A stretch of DNA of 64,000 nucleotides from Chiloscyllium plagiosum (taxonomy: Eukaryota). Positions within the stretch are counted from its first letter, which is position 1. The number at the start of each line of letters is the position of its first letter. Where the stretch lies: the NCBI RefSeq assembly GCF_004010195.1, contig NC_057752.1, positions 2,059,199 to 2,123,198 of the forward strand. Reading direction: 5' to 3'. Under the pieces are notes generated by a model. That model worked only from the letters and a program-made list of their open reading frames with translations, had not been told where the DNA came from and did not search any database. Of the stretch, positions 35,380-50,414 are shown piece after piece. The position numbers and the translations under genes are program-made.

Positions 35380-38300
35380 ATGTTGGAAGTCAGAAATAAA
35401 AGCAAAATGCTGGAAATACTCAGCTGGCCAGGCAGTACCTATTCAAAGAGAGAAAGAGAGACAGAAAAACAGCTGCTAACATTTGTTTTCAGCATGTACA
35501 GGGTGTGGCTGGTGAGGATGGGAGGAAACAAAAAATGAAAGATGTTCAAAAGGTGGAAGAGATTAAACAGCATGGATAAAGAGTGGAGATGGAAAAAGCA
35601 CAGCAGCTCAAACAGCATCAGAGGAGAAGGGCGGTCAATGTTGCAGGTTGGAACATCGACCCCCCTCCGCCTCTGACGCTGCCTGACCTGCTGTGCTTTT
35701 TCCAGCTCCACTCTTCATCCACGCTGACTCTTCAGCATCTGCAGTTCTCACTATCTCCAAGTGATTAAATGGCAAAGGTATGATGGTGTGAGGCAAAATG
35801 AAGAAACTCAGCAGATCTGGTAGCAGCTGAGGAGAGAAACAGTTCAAACCCAATATCACTCAGAATGATTGTGAATGGTACAGGAACAAGAAGCAAAAAG
35901 AGATGAAAGGTTCTTGTGAGTAGAGATTGAGCAGTTTAGGCCCATACTCTCTGGACTTTAGAAGGATGAGAGGAGATTTAATTTAAGTATAGAAGATTCT
36001 AAAAGGGGTTGACAAAGTAGACGTAGAGAGGATGTTTCCTCATGTGGGGCAATCGAGAAGAAGGGGTCATCATGTTAGGATAAGAGGTCGCAGATTTAAA
36101 ATAGAGATGAGGAGAAATGACTTCTCTCAATGAGTTGTGAATCTGTGAAATTCACTCCCATGAAAGTGTGGTGGATACTAGACATTGGGTAAATTTAAGG
36201 AGGAGATTGACAGATTTTTAATTAGTATTGGGTTAAAAGAGAGTGGGCAGGAAAATGTAGTTGAGGCTGAGATGGGGTCGGCCCTGATTGTATTAAATGA
36301 CAGAGCGTGCTAAAGGAGCTGAATGGCCTATTCCTGCTCCTAGTTCTTAGGTTCGATAGAATTAACAGAACTTGCTGTTCCTGTTTTTAAAAAAGAAAAT
36401 GGAAATAGAGGTTATGATTTTAAAATTGTTAAACCCTGTATTGAATCCAGAAGGCTGTATAGTGTCTAGTTGAAAGATGAGATGCTGTCCCTCAGGTTTG
36501 TGTTGAGCCTGAGTGCAACAGTGCAGAGGCTGAGGGCAAAGAGGTCACCGTGGGAAGAGGTGGAGGATTAATGATAGACAGTGGGAGACTCCGCATCAGG
36601 CTTGTGAACTTCATGGACATAATCGACAAAGCAGAGAAGATTGCATTGCCAATAGCAAGTGCAGATATGTTATATTGAGACAAATATATCTAAATTGCTG
36701 ATTCATCTGAAAAAGGCATTGGCACCCTGGAAGAAAGAGTAGATAGGGTGTGGTGCTGGGAAGGCTTCTGCCCAAAACATTGACTCTCCTGCTCCTCAGA
36801 TGCTGACTGACCTGCTGTTCTTTATCCACTGCCACACTCTATCTTCTCTGGGTCTCCAGCATCTGCAGTCCTCACTATACCCTGGAAGAAAGAACTTAAA
36901 GCTACAGGTGTTTCACCTGTTGTGCTTGCTTGGGAATATAATGTGGGAGCAGGTTAAGAGGGTTATTGAGGATCAGAAGAGAGAATGGTCTCTCGAGAAA
37001 GGCAGAAAGGGGAAGGGAAGATGTGTTTGGTGATGGAGTTCTGAAAAATGATGGAGGCTGATCTCTCAAATGTGGAGGTTTGGAGGGTGGAAAATGAGGA
37101 CAAGGGGAAATCTTGTTGTGGCTCTATGGGAAGGGGAAGGGGGTTAGAGCAGGAACTTGTCAATTAGGATGAATTTGGGTTGAGGGCTCTGTCAAACATG
37201 GTGGAGGAGAATCCTCGGTTGGGGCAAATGCAGACATATTGGGAGAGCTATTATGAAAGGTGGCATCGTTAGAACAGAGACTGTCCAGACAGAGAAACTA
37301 GGCTTTGCAGGAAGCACACTGGAAGGAGGTGTAGTCTTACTAACTGAGAGACAAAGATAAAAATCACACAACACCAGTTTATCGTCCAACAGGTTTATTT
37401 GGAAGCACTAGCTTTCGAGGTGCTGCCTCTTCTTCGGCGTCTTGAGAGCAAGTCTTCCAATTAAACCTGTTGGACCATAATCTGGTGTTATGTGATTTTT
37501 AACTTTGTCCACCCCAGTCCAACACCGGCATCTCCAAATAATAACTGAGAGATGGTGGGCTTATTGTAAATATTGCTTGCCAGCCGATCTGCAGAACTGG
37601 AGACAGAAGTTGAGGGAGAGGAGGAAGGATACAGAGGTGGACCATGTGAAAGTGAAAGAGGGATGGAAGTTTAAAGCAAAGTTCATAACATTTTCCATCT
37701 ACGAGGGAGGGCCACTGAATAGGCTTGAAAGAAACCCTTTAGATGGGTTCCCATAGTGACAATAAGTGGAAGGGACTGGACAAGGTGAGAAGAAAATATA
37801 GTCAAGAAAGGAAGAAATCCACTCAGTGGGACAGGAGCAGGTCGAAATAATGGATTGATCAGGGCTGTCCTGTTTGTGGATCTTGAGAAGAAGGTGGAAG
37901 TGGGATGTGTGAGGTTATTGGACCATAAGGTGGGGATGGAAATGAGTTCAATGACATTCTGGTTTGATGTTCAGTAGAGGCATCATGGTCCAGGGGAAGG
38001 TGAGAGGATGTGTCAGTTGGCATTCAATCACTGCAAGGTAGAGATTGATTTGCCAAATCACAACAGCGCTAACCTTGCCACGTGATATGATGGTGATGTT
38101 TGGGTTCAACCCCTGAGAGCGCGGACTGCAGCAAGATGATCATTGTCTTGCTGGCAGTTCCTATGAATAGAGCTGGTCATAGAATCATATAGTACAGAAG
38201 AGGCCCTTCAGCCCATCAAGTCTATACCACCAAAAATATACTCCCTACACTAGTCCCACTTTTCTTTACTAGGGCTACAGCCTTGAATGATATAACATTT

Positions 38301-38900
38301 AAAGTGCCTCATCCAAGTATTTTTCAAAGGTTGTGAAGTTTCCTGCCTCAACTACCCTCCAGCACCGTGGGGAAACACCTTTTCCTCAAAATCCCCTCTA
38401 AACCTCCTGTTTTTCACTTGAACTGGTGTGCCTTTATTCTCTTATCTGTTGACTGAGGGTAACAGCTGCTTTCTATTCACATTGTGCATGCCCCTCATAA
38501 TCTCATACACCTCAATCAGGTCCCCCTTCAACCAATTTAGTGAGGGATATAATGTGGGAGCAGGGCTAGTGGGTGATTGAGGATCTGGAGGAAAGAATGG
38601 TCTCTCTCGGGAGGCAGAAAGGAGAAAGGAAGATGATGGAGTTCTGAAAAATATGAAGGCTGATGGAGGTTTAAATGAAAATTCTAGCGGAAGGGTCCAC
38701 TGTGTGGTTGGGGATGATGTGGAGAAAAGGGGCTGCGAGAAACTCCTGGCCAAAGAAAGTGGCTGTGGAGGCAAAGGTGATAGAAGAGTGCAGTGTTGTG
38801 TCAAACTCCAAAACTATCGAGGTGGGGGTGGAAGAGTGCTGACAGTGAGTCATTGCTACAGAAGAGAGAAGCTGAGCATGCTAATGGTGACATGTTGGTA
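35380..38900 (-). mobile_element. Cluster of old Penelope/Neptune fragments with nested CR1 (35905-36352, 38180-38530) and pLTR palindromes
   Basis: Minus strand near 36420-36490 reads QHLIFQLDTIQPSGFNTGFNNF; pLTR motifs at 35585-35760 and 36750-36880. Confidence 0.55.
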
Positions 38901-40594
38901 TTAAGTATCATTTAGCACCTGACTAATATAGTCTGTTGTAGAATCATTGACTTCAAATAGTGCACTCCATACAGCAATGGCAGTTGCCAAAAGAAGGGAA
39001 GCAGAGAAAAAAAACAAAGGAACTTGACACCTCATGACTTGAGGATGTCTCAGAACTCCACTCATTTCTCCTTCTTATCTATGGACCTTTCAGTATTTCT
39101 CTAAGTCTTTAATGAACTCTTCTTTGTGTTGCAATTGACTCTGTTTCTCAATAGCCACTTGTGGTAATTTATCCAGCATCTTTCTCACCCTTCACATGAA
39201 AACGTTCCTTCAGATCCTTCCCTCCCAGGCCTTGTGCTTCTCCTACTAGCCTTAACTGGTCTACCCTTTGTCACCACGTTTTGTTACCACATTTCTTCTC
39301 CAGCTGAAAATACTCCCTTTATTTTTAATCCAGTCCTCTGTTTTCTCCCTGGTGAACTACTAATGATTCTCTGCAGCAATTTTCCCATATCCTTAGTATT
39401 ATTTCTATAAAGGTATTTCCAAAACTGCATATAATACTGTGCCCTAACCAGTATCTTGAATAGATTACTTCCTTGGTTTTGTATTCCACATTCCTACTTA
39501 TAAACTGGAATCCCATTGGTGTTTTTAACATTTTCCCTCCACCTACATTTCTGTTTTTGACAATCTATATATCTCTCCTTACAACAAACCACAATTTCAA
39601 TCTGTTTATGCATGTGGTCTCTCCACTCTAATACCATTTACGTTTAGCATGTCTAGAATGTATCCTCGTTTGCAAAACATACTCCATTTATCTGGGCTGA
39701 ATTACATTTGCTGCATTCTCTGCCCACTCATCTATAGTCTCCTTCAGAGTTTGAGATGCCTCTCAATTTACTGTTATTCCCTCATGCACATCTTCAAATC
39801 TTTTATGTATGTGAAAGACAGAAAAGGGCACAACCATAAATCCCTGGGGCACATCGCTATTATCTAAGTCACCAACTAAGTAGCTGCCTCATACCTATGC
39901 AGTGCTGTCACCCATCTTTTATACGATGAGCCTTAACTGTTTTAAGGTCCACTTACATGAATACAACACTGTGCATTAATCATTGCATGTTTTTGCCCCT
40001 CCATTAAATTGTATGACTGGTTATTGATATCTGGCAAAAGAACATGCTTGTGTGTTCCTGCTTATTTGCTCCAGTACTGAAAGTTCATGGGATGTGGGAG
40101 TCACAGGCTAGGCCAACATTTATTGCCAAGAAGACTGTTAAGAGTCAACCCCATTGCTGTGGGTCTGGAATTATATGTAGCCTAGATAAGGTGAGAGTGG
40201 CAGATTTCCTCCTTTGAAAGATGTTAGTAAACCTAATGTGTTTTTACGACAATTGACAATGGTTACCATTAGGCATGCTTTTCATTTCAGATTTTTGATG
40301 AAGTTCAAATTTCACCATCTACCATGGTGGGATTTGAATCCATGTTCCTCAGTGCATTAGCCAGAGGTTCTGGATAACTGGTCCAGTGGCATCAATACTT
40401 CACTGAATCACAGAATTGTTACGACACAGAGGAGGCTGTAATGCTTTGATTGTGCCTGCACCTGCACCCCACATCATTGGGGTGGGAAGTTAAAATGTTA
40501 AAAATTCCACATCTGAATCCAAACCACCCGGGAATCCGGTTTTAATGATGGTAGAACGTAGCATTTAGTCTGAGAGTGAGAAGCTTTGCTAAAC

Positions 40595-41690
40595 TTAAAT
40601 AAGGGTAATTACAAAGAAATGAGCTTGTTGATGTAGACTGGGAAAGAGGTTTAGCAGAAAAGGCAGTTGAGGAACAATGGCAGACGTTTCAGAAATCAGT
40701 TCAAGTTTCACAGCTAAGACATATCCCAGTGAGGAAGAAGGATTCTAGGACGGAGATAAGCCAATCATCACTAACCAGGGCTGTTGATAATTCTAATTGT
40801 AAGAAAAAAACATGCAGTATGGAAAGATTAGTGCTAAGCCATAGATTGAGAAAGTTTTATAAAACAACAAAAGATCAACCAAATCAAAAGGGTGAAAATA
40901 AATGTTGCGGGTAAACTAGCCAGAATTATAAAAAGAGATAGGAAGAGCTTCTTCATAATATATGGAAGAGTTACCATCAGCTCACTAGAGAATGAGGCTG
41001 GGGAAATAATAATGGGAACCATACAGTTAGGTAATAGGGAAAACCAACAGAATGTTAACCTTTATTTCAAAAGTAATGGAGTATAAAATAGGGAGATCTA
41101 GCTAAACTTATACAAGGCACTAGTTAGGCCACACCTGGAATACTGTGAACAGTTTTGGGATATTGTTATTTTCTTTTTTTAATCTATCTGTCTATCTATG
41201 TCTGTCTATCTGAGGAAAGGTAGACTGGTATTGGAGACAGTCCAGAGAAGGTTCATTCAGCTGATCCCGGGTATGGAGGAGAGATGGAGCAGATTGGGTC
41301 TGTACTCATTGGAATTTTGATGAATGAGAAGCAACCTGATTGGGGCATGCAAAATTCTTAGGGGACTTATGCATAATGCAGAAAGGTTGTTTCCCCTTTT
41401 GGAAGAGTCGAGGATCAGAGGGCATAATCTCAGAGTAAGGGATCACTCGTTTCAGACAGGGATGAGGAGGAATTGTTTTCTCTGAGGGGACTGAATTTTT
41501 GGCATTTATTGAGGCTGCGTCTATTAAATATATTCAGAGTCAAAATAGACAGATTTTTAATCAGTAAGGGAATCAAGGATTATAGGGAAAAGGCAGGAAA
41601 TTGGAGTTGGGGATTATCAGATCATCCATGATCTCATCAAATGACTGAGCAGACTTGATGGGCCGAATGGCCTGCTCTGCTCCAGTGCTG
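40595..41690 (+). mobile_element. Degenerate CR1 LINE
   Basis: LYKALVRPHLEYCEQFW and CR1 3' UTR. Confidence 0.8.
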
Positions 41691-41984
41691 CTGCTAGAAT
41701 AAGGACAGTGACAATAGTATTCAATCCATGAATGATATTCTTAATTTGATCATACATGAGTGAAAGTAGCAAAGGAGCATCTATAATGTCATACCCCAGC
41801 AAGATTCATGTCTTCAGTCATTCGGGAGCTGAGACTTATTGAGTTAGTCAGCTAGTAGACATGTAGATAAAAGCAAAATGCTGCTGATGTTGGAGATCTG
41901 ACATAAAAACATAGTGCTGGAGGAATCAGCAGGTCAGGCAGCATCTCTGGAGAGAGAAACAGTTAATGTTTCAAGTCTTGTAAG

Positions 41985-42645
41985 ATAGTGGACCGCGAAG
42001 AGGGTTACCTCAGATTACAACAGGATCTGGACCAGATGGGCCAGTGGGCTGAGAAGTGGCAGATGGAGTTTAATTCAGATAAATGCGAGGTGCTGCATTT
42101 TGGGAAAGCAAATCTTAGCAGGATTTATACACTTAATGGTAAAGTCTAGGGAGTGTTGCTGAACAAAGAGACCTTGGAGTGCAGGTTCATAGCTCCTTGA
42201 AAGTGGGGTCACAGATAGATAGGTTAGTGAAGAAGGTGTTTGGTATGCCTTCCTTTATTGGTGAGAGTATTGAGTACAGGAGTTGGGAGGTCATGTTGCA
42301 GCTGTACAGGACATTGGTTAGGCCACTGTTGGAATATTGCGTGCAATTCTGGTCTCCTTCCTTTCGGAAATATGTTGTGAAACTTGAAAGNNNNNNNNNN
42401 NNNNNNNNNNNGAGGGGCTGAACAGGCTGGGGCTGTTTTCCCTGGAGCGTCGGAGACTGAGGGGTGACCTTATAGATTTATAAAATAATGAGGGGCATGG
42501 ATAGGATAAAAAAGCAAAGTCTTTTCCCTGGGGTCGGAGAATCCAGAACTAGAGGGCATAGGTTTAGGGTGAGAGGGGAAAGATATAAATTGGACCGAAG
42601 GATCTGTTTCCGTGCTGTACATCTCTATGACCCTATGATTCTATG
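41985..42645 (+). mobile_element. HER1/CR1 LINE containing a 21-N gap (42391-42411)
   Basis: LQLYRTLVRPLLEYCVQFWSP; tail as at 11100-11154. Confidence 0.9.
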
Positions 42646-42649
42646 AACT

Positions 42650-43080
42650 GTAGGAGGCTGGAGAATGATGTTTTTCTGTGTTGCTGACAAAGGGGAGGAT
42701 GAGTGAATGAATGGATGGCGAGGGTGCTCAGAACAAAAGACAAAAAAGTTTTACTGGTAGTAGAGAATCAGTATAAAAGTAGAAAAGGTGTTATTGGTAG
42801 GCATTAATCGCAGATAATAAGTCAGGTCTGCTGACAGCAAACCCATGCAAGCAAGGTTTTGCTGGTGGGCAAGGTATTGTAAACAGTGTCCTCCATTTTG
42901 ATTATGTTCTGAAGTTCTTGAACTCAGTGTTAAGTTCTGAGGGTTGCAAAGTGCCCAAGCGAGAAATGAGGTACAATTCCTTCAGCTTGTGTTGAGCTTT
43001 GCTGGAACACTGCAGCAGGGGTAGGATGGAAATGTTAATATTGGAGCAAAGTGGTTTATTGAAATGGCAATGGATATGCA
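42650..43080 (-). mobile_element. Old Penelope GIY-YIG C-terminal fragment
   Basis: KLKELYLISRLGTLQPSELNTEFKNFR. Confidence 0.7.
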
Positions 43081-43229
43081 ATGCTGCCGAATGACCTTCC
43101 ATCAGTTTTGGGTGTAATCCTGTTCTATAAATAATTGATGCCTCTGCTTTTTTAATCCCCCTTCTCCCTTACTCCTTGGTCTAAGCACAATCAGCAAAGT
43201 TTTCATTTATGCAGTCACTTTGATTCCCT

Positions 43230-43615
43230 TACAGATTAAAAATCTGTCTATTTCAGCCTTAAATCTACTTAATGACCTAGCCTCAACAGGTCTCTGCAGT
43301 AAAGAATTCCACAGATTCACTCCCCTCTGAGAGAAGAATTTCCTCCTCATCCCTGTCTTAAAAGAGTGATCACCTCTTCTGAAATGATGCCCCTCAGGTC
43401 TTCAACTCTCCTACAAGGAGAAACAACCTGTCCAAATCTCCCCCAAGAATCTTGTATGTTTCAATAAGGTTGTCGCTCATTCATCTAAACCCCAGTCTAC
43501 TCAACCTCTTGTCATAAGACAGTCCCTCCATATCTGGTATCAGCCAAGTGAACCTTCTCTGGACTGTCTCCAATGTTGATAATCTTTCCTTAGATAAGGG
43601 GCCCAACACTGTTCA
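43230..43615 (-). mobile_element. CR1 LINE fragment
   Basis: Reverse complement of the CR1 ORF2 end. Confidence 0.7.
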
Positions 43616-44101
43616 AAATACAAAGATTGACTGTCAGAGATTAGAGAGTTGCGCTATCCTGCTAATGCAATTTTTTAAATTGCCCACTAGTTAAGCTGTC
43701 TTCAGTGGTAATCTTTGAATTTTCCCCTTCCTTGCAGAGAAATTACCTGACTTTTTTTAATTTGTTTATGGGATGCGGGTATCACTGGCTGGCCAGCATT
43801 TATCGACTGTCCCTAATTTCCCTTGAGAAGGTGGTGGTGAGCTGCCTTCTTGAGCTGCTGCAGTCCAAATGAGGATTGCAGTATTGCTGAAATTCGGAAT
43901 TTTATCAATGTGTAACTCTGGGGCTCTTGTGGTGCAGTGGTTGTGTCCCTACTTCTGAGTCAGGAGGCCCAAGTTCAAGTATGTTTTAATATCTCTGAAC
44001 TGGGTGATTAGAAAATATCTAAGTCTGTTTAATACACCATGTGATCATGAATCATAGAATGTTAACATTACAGAAACAGCAAGCAGTTAGTGAGGCAAGG
44101 G

Positions 44102-44322
44102 CAGTCAGTTCTGCTATAAAACAGTAGTTCCGTACTCATGCTATCCTGTGTTATAAGAAAATCATGTAATAGCAGCACCATTTAAACTAATGGGGCCAGA
44201 ATCACGTTATAACCAATACACACTTTGAAAGTTTATGCTTTAGAAACAGTGTCCCCAATTCGTCAATCATGTTATAGCGAATTCGCATTAATAAAGCGCA
44301 CCTTATAGCAGAACAATGTGTA
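44102..44322. mobile_element. Tc1/pogo-like MITE
   Basis: Subterminal inverted repeat GTTCTGCTATAA...TTATAGCAGAAC; homologous to 11361-11578. Confidence 0.6.
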
Positions 44323-45654
44323 GTATGTTAGCTTTTGTTACAAAGGGATTGGAACACTAGAATAAAGAAGTCTCACATTGTAACCAGATGAGGAAGGGTG
44401 AATCAAACCCTCTTTTCAACCCCCTACCAGTCAGTTGTACAATATCTTTTACTTATTTTCGAGTGTAGCTATTTATACATCAAGTAAAGATGTAGATAAC
44501 TCAATCAAAATCATAAGCCAATTATAAACTTTGTTTGAGTGAAAGAGAAATTTTATTTTATACTAACCCTGAGGAGGGGGAGGAAATGGTGCAAACACAC
44601 AGTCAGACATGGATAAGATGTATAAAAGGGAGATGAAGGATAAAGCCAATGCAGTTTTAAGGTCCTTTGAGTTCTTGAGGTGTTAGATTTTAACCTAAGA
44701 CCACTGTTATTTAATTGTTGACTCGTATCCTTAACAATGGTGAAGATTGTAGATATATTGTAGCTAAGGACAGAGAGAGTCTTCCAGTTCTTGCTTACAA
44801 ATCTATTTTCCCTCTCTCTTCTGCTGGAGCTGCTTGAAATTTAGTTCATATGTAATCTTGAGTCTGGTTCCATTGTCTTTCAAAATTGGGTAACTTGTAG
44901 GTGAGCGATTCATCTGCAAAGATGTGAAGTTATCATGTAAGTGTGAGTTAAAACAGAAGATGCAAATTTCTTGATGCTGATTCAGAACCCTGGTTTTGAT
45001 ATCTTTAGATAAAATGTTAGCTTTACTACAGAAAGCTTCGTTGATTCTAGATGGGTCTCCTGGACTTGCCCCAATCTGTAGTCAGGTGATTCTGGACAGT
45101 CATTTCAGGTTAGTATTTGTCCTTTGTTTACAATCATTTTACTCTGTGAAAGATCTCTGGTATAACAATCAGCTGATGGAAGTTAACATTTGCGCATCCA
45201 TATTTACCACTATTATACCACGTACCAGAATTAAACAGGGCATTTGTAAGGCCACATTTGAACCACTCTCTGTAGCTTTGCCCTTCTTTCCTAAGGAAGG
45301 ATACAGTTGCCCTTGAGGGAGTGCAACATAGATTCAATAGACTGGCTCTTGGCATGAGGAATTGTCCTTTGCGGAGAGATTGAGTCAGTTATGCCAATAT
45401 CCCCTGGAGTTTAAAAGAAGGGAGGTGAGCTCACTGAAACAAATCGGGCTGACTTTTCTTAACTCTGCATGTCCAGCCCAGGATAAAGTGACCTGGAACT
45501 TTTATTTCAGAGTGATGGGCTTCCCTAGGAGTCAGGCCAGGGAACCCCAGACCAAGTGCGGATGGTGGGGAGGTCTGCTTCTCTGCACTAGCACAGTTAG
45601 AAATTAGAAAGAAAGTAATCAAATGAAAATCATACCTCCAGTCACCTTGCCTGT

Positions 45655-46185
45655 CTCATAAGAACCTGAGAATTAAGAACAGAAGTAGGCCGTTCAGCCC
45701 CTGGAGCCTGCTCTGCCATTTGATACAATCATGGCTAATCTCATCTCGGCTTCAACTCCATTTTCATGCTCGTTCTCCATAACTTTTCAACCCATTACTA
45801 ATAAAAAATCTGTCAATCTCCACCTTAAATTTACTCAGTGTCCTGGTATCCACCACACTCTAGTGGGAGTGAATTCCACAGATTCACAACTCATTGAGAG
45901 AAGTAATTTCTCCTCATCTCTGTTTTAACTCTCCCCCCTTTATTCTAAAACGATGACCTCTCGTTCCAGATTCCCCCACATGAGGAAACATTTTTCTACA
46001 TCTACTTTGTCAATCCCATTTTTGCATCTTATATACCTCAATTAGATCTCCTCTCATCCTTCTAAACTCTAGAGAATAGAGGTATAAACTACTCAATCTC
46101 TCTTTATAAGGCAAACCAGTCATCTTTGGAATCAATCTATTGAACCTTCTCTGAACTGCCCTAATACAATTACATCCCTTGTCAA
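45655..46185 (-). mobile_element. CR1 LINE 3' end
   Basis: [27 protein letters not shown]. Confidence 0.85.
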
Positions 46186-48602
46186 TTAAGCTCTCACTGC
46201 CTTGCCCCACTCCCTATGCCACTCCCATATATGTCACTTACCCAACTCTCATGGCACTTTATAGTCCCCACATTGACTCATGCCAACCCATGCCTCTTAC
46301 CCACCACCTTTTGGCTTTGAACCTACCATGCTAATTCACTCAATATGTACCATGGGCAGATGTTAGGATTGAGTTGAGTTAGAATAATGTGTGTGTATTG
46401 CAGATTATTTGTTTTTTAGAGGTACTCTCATTTACAAAAGCAAACACTTCATCTAACTTCCTTCAACTATATAATCCCTTATAATGACAAATATGTCATT
46501 AAAGTGCACAACCCCTTCTAACCGCAATAGTTAGGATTCATTATCCCACTTCAAGGAAACGCTCACCACTTGGAGCAGTCAATAAAAAATGTGAAAAGGC
46601 AGGCACCCTACTATGATAATGGAAGGTTATGGAATCATGTCATGTAGCACTAATTCAATAATGAAAGTCCTTAGGCTGATGTCAGCAGACAGAGTGAAAT
46701 GGTAGACAGTGATTTTAAAAAAAACTCCAGACAGTTCTTTCATAGATTTAAATGACAGGAATTTTAAATGCTTTGACACTTTTGTCAGTTCCTCTTTATA
46801 GCCTCCCTCAACAGTTCTAAGTAGTATATGTGCTTTTTACAATCATGCCAACTTTTAACAATCCCAAGGGCACCTTATCTCTCCAAATGGGGACATGACC
46901 TCTCTGAAAAATGACAGTGTTTCAGACACCCAGGTTCCCAAAACCACATGCGTGGAAGCAACTACTTCAGGAAATGAACGTTGCACAAATCCTGACTTAC
47001 CTCTTCTTTCTTACTCTTGCAAAAATGGTAGATGCTGAGATTAGGAGTGTGACTTTTGATTTTTGGCCATTTGCATTCTTTTCACACTTTGTGAAAATCC
47101 AGGCCATAAAATTCTTGCGGGTAAAATTGTTTTACCTGGTTCGAGAATCTGGAACATGAAGTCATAGTTGAAAACATGGGGTTAGCTATTTAGGACTGAG
47201 ACTAGGAAGTACTTCTTCACTCAAAGGGTTGTGAGTCTTTAGACTTTTCTACCCCAGACGCTCAGCCATTGCATATATTCAAGACCAAGGTTGATCAATT
47301 TTAATGGGTATTAATGGATATGGGGAAAGGGTGGGTAGGAGGAGTTGAGGTACAAGACCAGTAATGACCTTGCCAAATGGAACAGAATTGAAAGGCCAAA
47401 TTATCAACTCCTCTTATTGCTTACATTATGATTGTGTTGCATCAGTATACTACACTTCCAAGGTATTTGCCTTTTTTTGATAAATATTGAAATAATGAGC
47501 AACAAGTGAGCAGTAGGTGTTGACTAATAATGTGTACATCAGCTTTAGATCTTGCTGTCCAAAGGCAGAATTGCACATCTTCCACTTGATGAATGATGTT
47601 CCCTTACTACCATAATAAATTGCTTGGATGCATTTTCCATCTCTCCCTATCATTAAATTGGAGAAGATTGCTCTCATCTCCATTACTTGCATAGTTGGAT
47701 GATAAACCATCAACTAGAATCTCAGAATCGTTATGGTACAGAAGGAAACCATTCGGCCCAAATATGTTTGTTTATTCTCAGGGTATCATTGAGTAAGACT
47801 GTTTTTACAGTAGCACCATGCAAATATAACTCTGAAAAGAGCACGTGTTACCTTAAAAGAATTCCTTAAAGGAACTGGTAGGCCTTAATATCTGGGCAGC
47901 ATTCTCTTCCCATTCTCTGAGGGTTGATTAATTCACAAATGCTCTTTAGGACAATCTGCCATCCTTACCTAGACTAGCCTACTTGTGACTCCATGTCCGT
48001 AGTAATGTGGTTGACTCTTAACAACCCTCTAAAATGGCCCAGTAAACTACTCATTTCAAGGATTGTTAGGAATAGGCACGAAGTGTTAATGCCCACATCC
48101 CATTCTTTCTACTGTTTGATTGGCAGTGTAGAATGGATTGTAATGTGTTCCTTGTGTAAGTATTTGCCAAATAATACTGATGAGAAGCCACTTTTTGGGG
48201 GAAAATGTGACATTTTGTGACACTCTGTCACCGTTTATTTGATTTTCAACGTGAAAGAATGTTTGAACGTTGCTGTTGGTGGATTGTTCAAAGATGCTAT
48301 CATGCGAAGACGACACATTGGGCAGTTAGTAAGACTTTGGAGTTGAGTTTCTCTTGAGATGAATGTGGCACTTGTTCTGGTGCAGTGCATGTGGAAGACG
48401 TTTTCATGATTTCCCTGGTGAGCAATTTGGGGATGTAATGTTTTTGGTGGACAAGATGGTCTGTGGCATGAGTTTAATGCACTGCTGACATCTCATGGCG
48501 TAGTGTCCAATAGCAGCAATTTACTTGGCATATTGGAAAGCTATTCACTTTAGAAACGGGGGGGAAAGGGGAACATTTGTTTGTGTAATGGTGCTATATA
48601 GA

Positions 48603-49905
48603 GGTGAGTAAGTTGTTGGAGGGGATTCTGAGGGACAGGATCTACACGTATTTGGAAAAGCAAAGACTCATTAGGGACAACCAATGTGGCTTTGTGCGTG
48701 GGAAATCATGTTTCACTAACTTGAGTTATTTGAACAAGTGCCGAAGAAGATTGATGAAGGGAGAGTCTTCAGCAAGGCTACCCATGATAGACTGGTTAGC
48801 AAGGTTAGATCACATGAAATACAGGAAGATTTTTGTATTGTGAAATTGGCTTGAAGGTAGGAGATAGAGGATGGTGGAAGGTTGCTTCTCAGACAGGAGG
48901 CCTGTGGCCAGTGATGTGCCACAAGGATCAGTGTTGGGTCCACTGCTTTTTATCATTTATGTAAATGATTTGGATGTGAGTATAGGAGGAATGGTTAGTA
49001 GGTTTGCAGATGATACCAAAATTGGAGGTGTAGTGGACAGTGAAGAAGGTTATGTCAGAGTACAATGAGACCTTGATCACATGGGCCTATTGGCTGAGGA
49101 GTGGAAGATTGAGTTTAATTTATATAAATGTGACATGTTGCATTTTGGAAAGGCAAATCCAGGCAGGGCTTATACAGGTAATGGTCGAGTTCTTGAGAGT
49201 GTTGCCCCACAAAGAGACCTTGAGTGCAGGTTCATAGTTCCTTGAAGATGGAGTCACAGGTAGATGGGATAGTGAAGAAGACATTGGTACACTTGCCTTT
49301 AATGGTCAGTGCATTGAGTATAGGGCTTGAGATGTCATGTTGCGGCTTGACAGGACATTGGTTAGGCCACTGTTGTAATATTGTATTCAATTCTGGTCTG
49401 CTTGCTACAGGAAGGATATTGTTAAACTTAAAAGGGTACAAAAAAGATTTACAAGGATGTTGCTAGGGTTTGAGGGTTTGAGCTATAGGGAGAGGCTGAA
49501 CAGGCTGGGGCTGTTTTCCCTGGAGCGTCGGAGGCTGAAGGGTGACCTTATAGAAATTTATAAAATCATGAGGGGCATGGATAGGGTGAGTAGCCAAGGT
49601 CTTTTTCCCAGGGTAGGGGAGTGCAAAACTAGAGGGCATCGGTTTAAGGTGAGAGGGGAAAGACTTAAAAGGGACCTAATGGGCAACTTTTTCACACAGA
49701 AGGTGGTGTGTGTATGGAACACGCTGCTAGAGGAAGTGCAATTACAACATTTAAAAGGCATATGGATGGGTATATGAATAGCAAGAGTTTAGACGGATAT
49801 GGGCCAAATACTGGCAAATGGGACTAGGTTAATTTGGGATATCTGTATAGCATGGACGAGTTGAACCAAAAAGTCTGTTTCTGTGCTGTACATCTCTATG
49901 ACTGT
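48603..49905 (+). mobile_element. HER1/CR1 LINE, 5' truncated
   Basis: [36 protein letters not shown]; tail. Confidence 0.92.
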
Positions 49906-50414
49906 ATATAGACTCCATTGATTCCCTTGGAGAAATAGTGTCACAGGCTGTTATCTGCTTGGCATAATTACCAAATGCCATTGTACAGGTATTGACCCAT
50001 GATGCTGTCTGCTCCCAGGGAATCAGTATAGCTTGCGTGGTGCCACACAAGCTAACATTTTTCTCCTGGATCCCTTCCCTGACATGCTGCTGCAATATCA
50101 ACTGCTCATTGGGTATTTAGTGTATTCACATTTGGATCCTCCAAAGCTATAATATCCCTCATGCGAGAATCATGAAATAGGGCAGCACAGAAGAGGCCAT
50201 ATGGCCCATTGAATCTGCGGTGCTCCTTTGAAAAGCAATCCAGTTTGTCCCATTCCCCCAGTCTTTCTCCATGTCCCGTCAATTCTTTTTCTCCTTAAAA
50301 GTCTTTGTCCAGTTTCCTTCTAGAGATGATTATTGAATCTTTATTGTGTTTCCTCATCAGACAATGTATTCCTAATTCTAACCATTTATTGCTATTTTTG
50401 TCTCTCATGTAACC

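Noticed and set aside
43921..43985. tRNA-like A/B boxes
   Set aside because: No cloverleaf; most likely a SINE head
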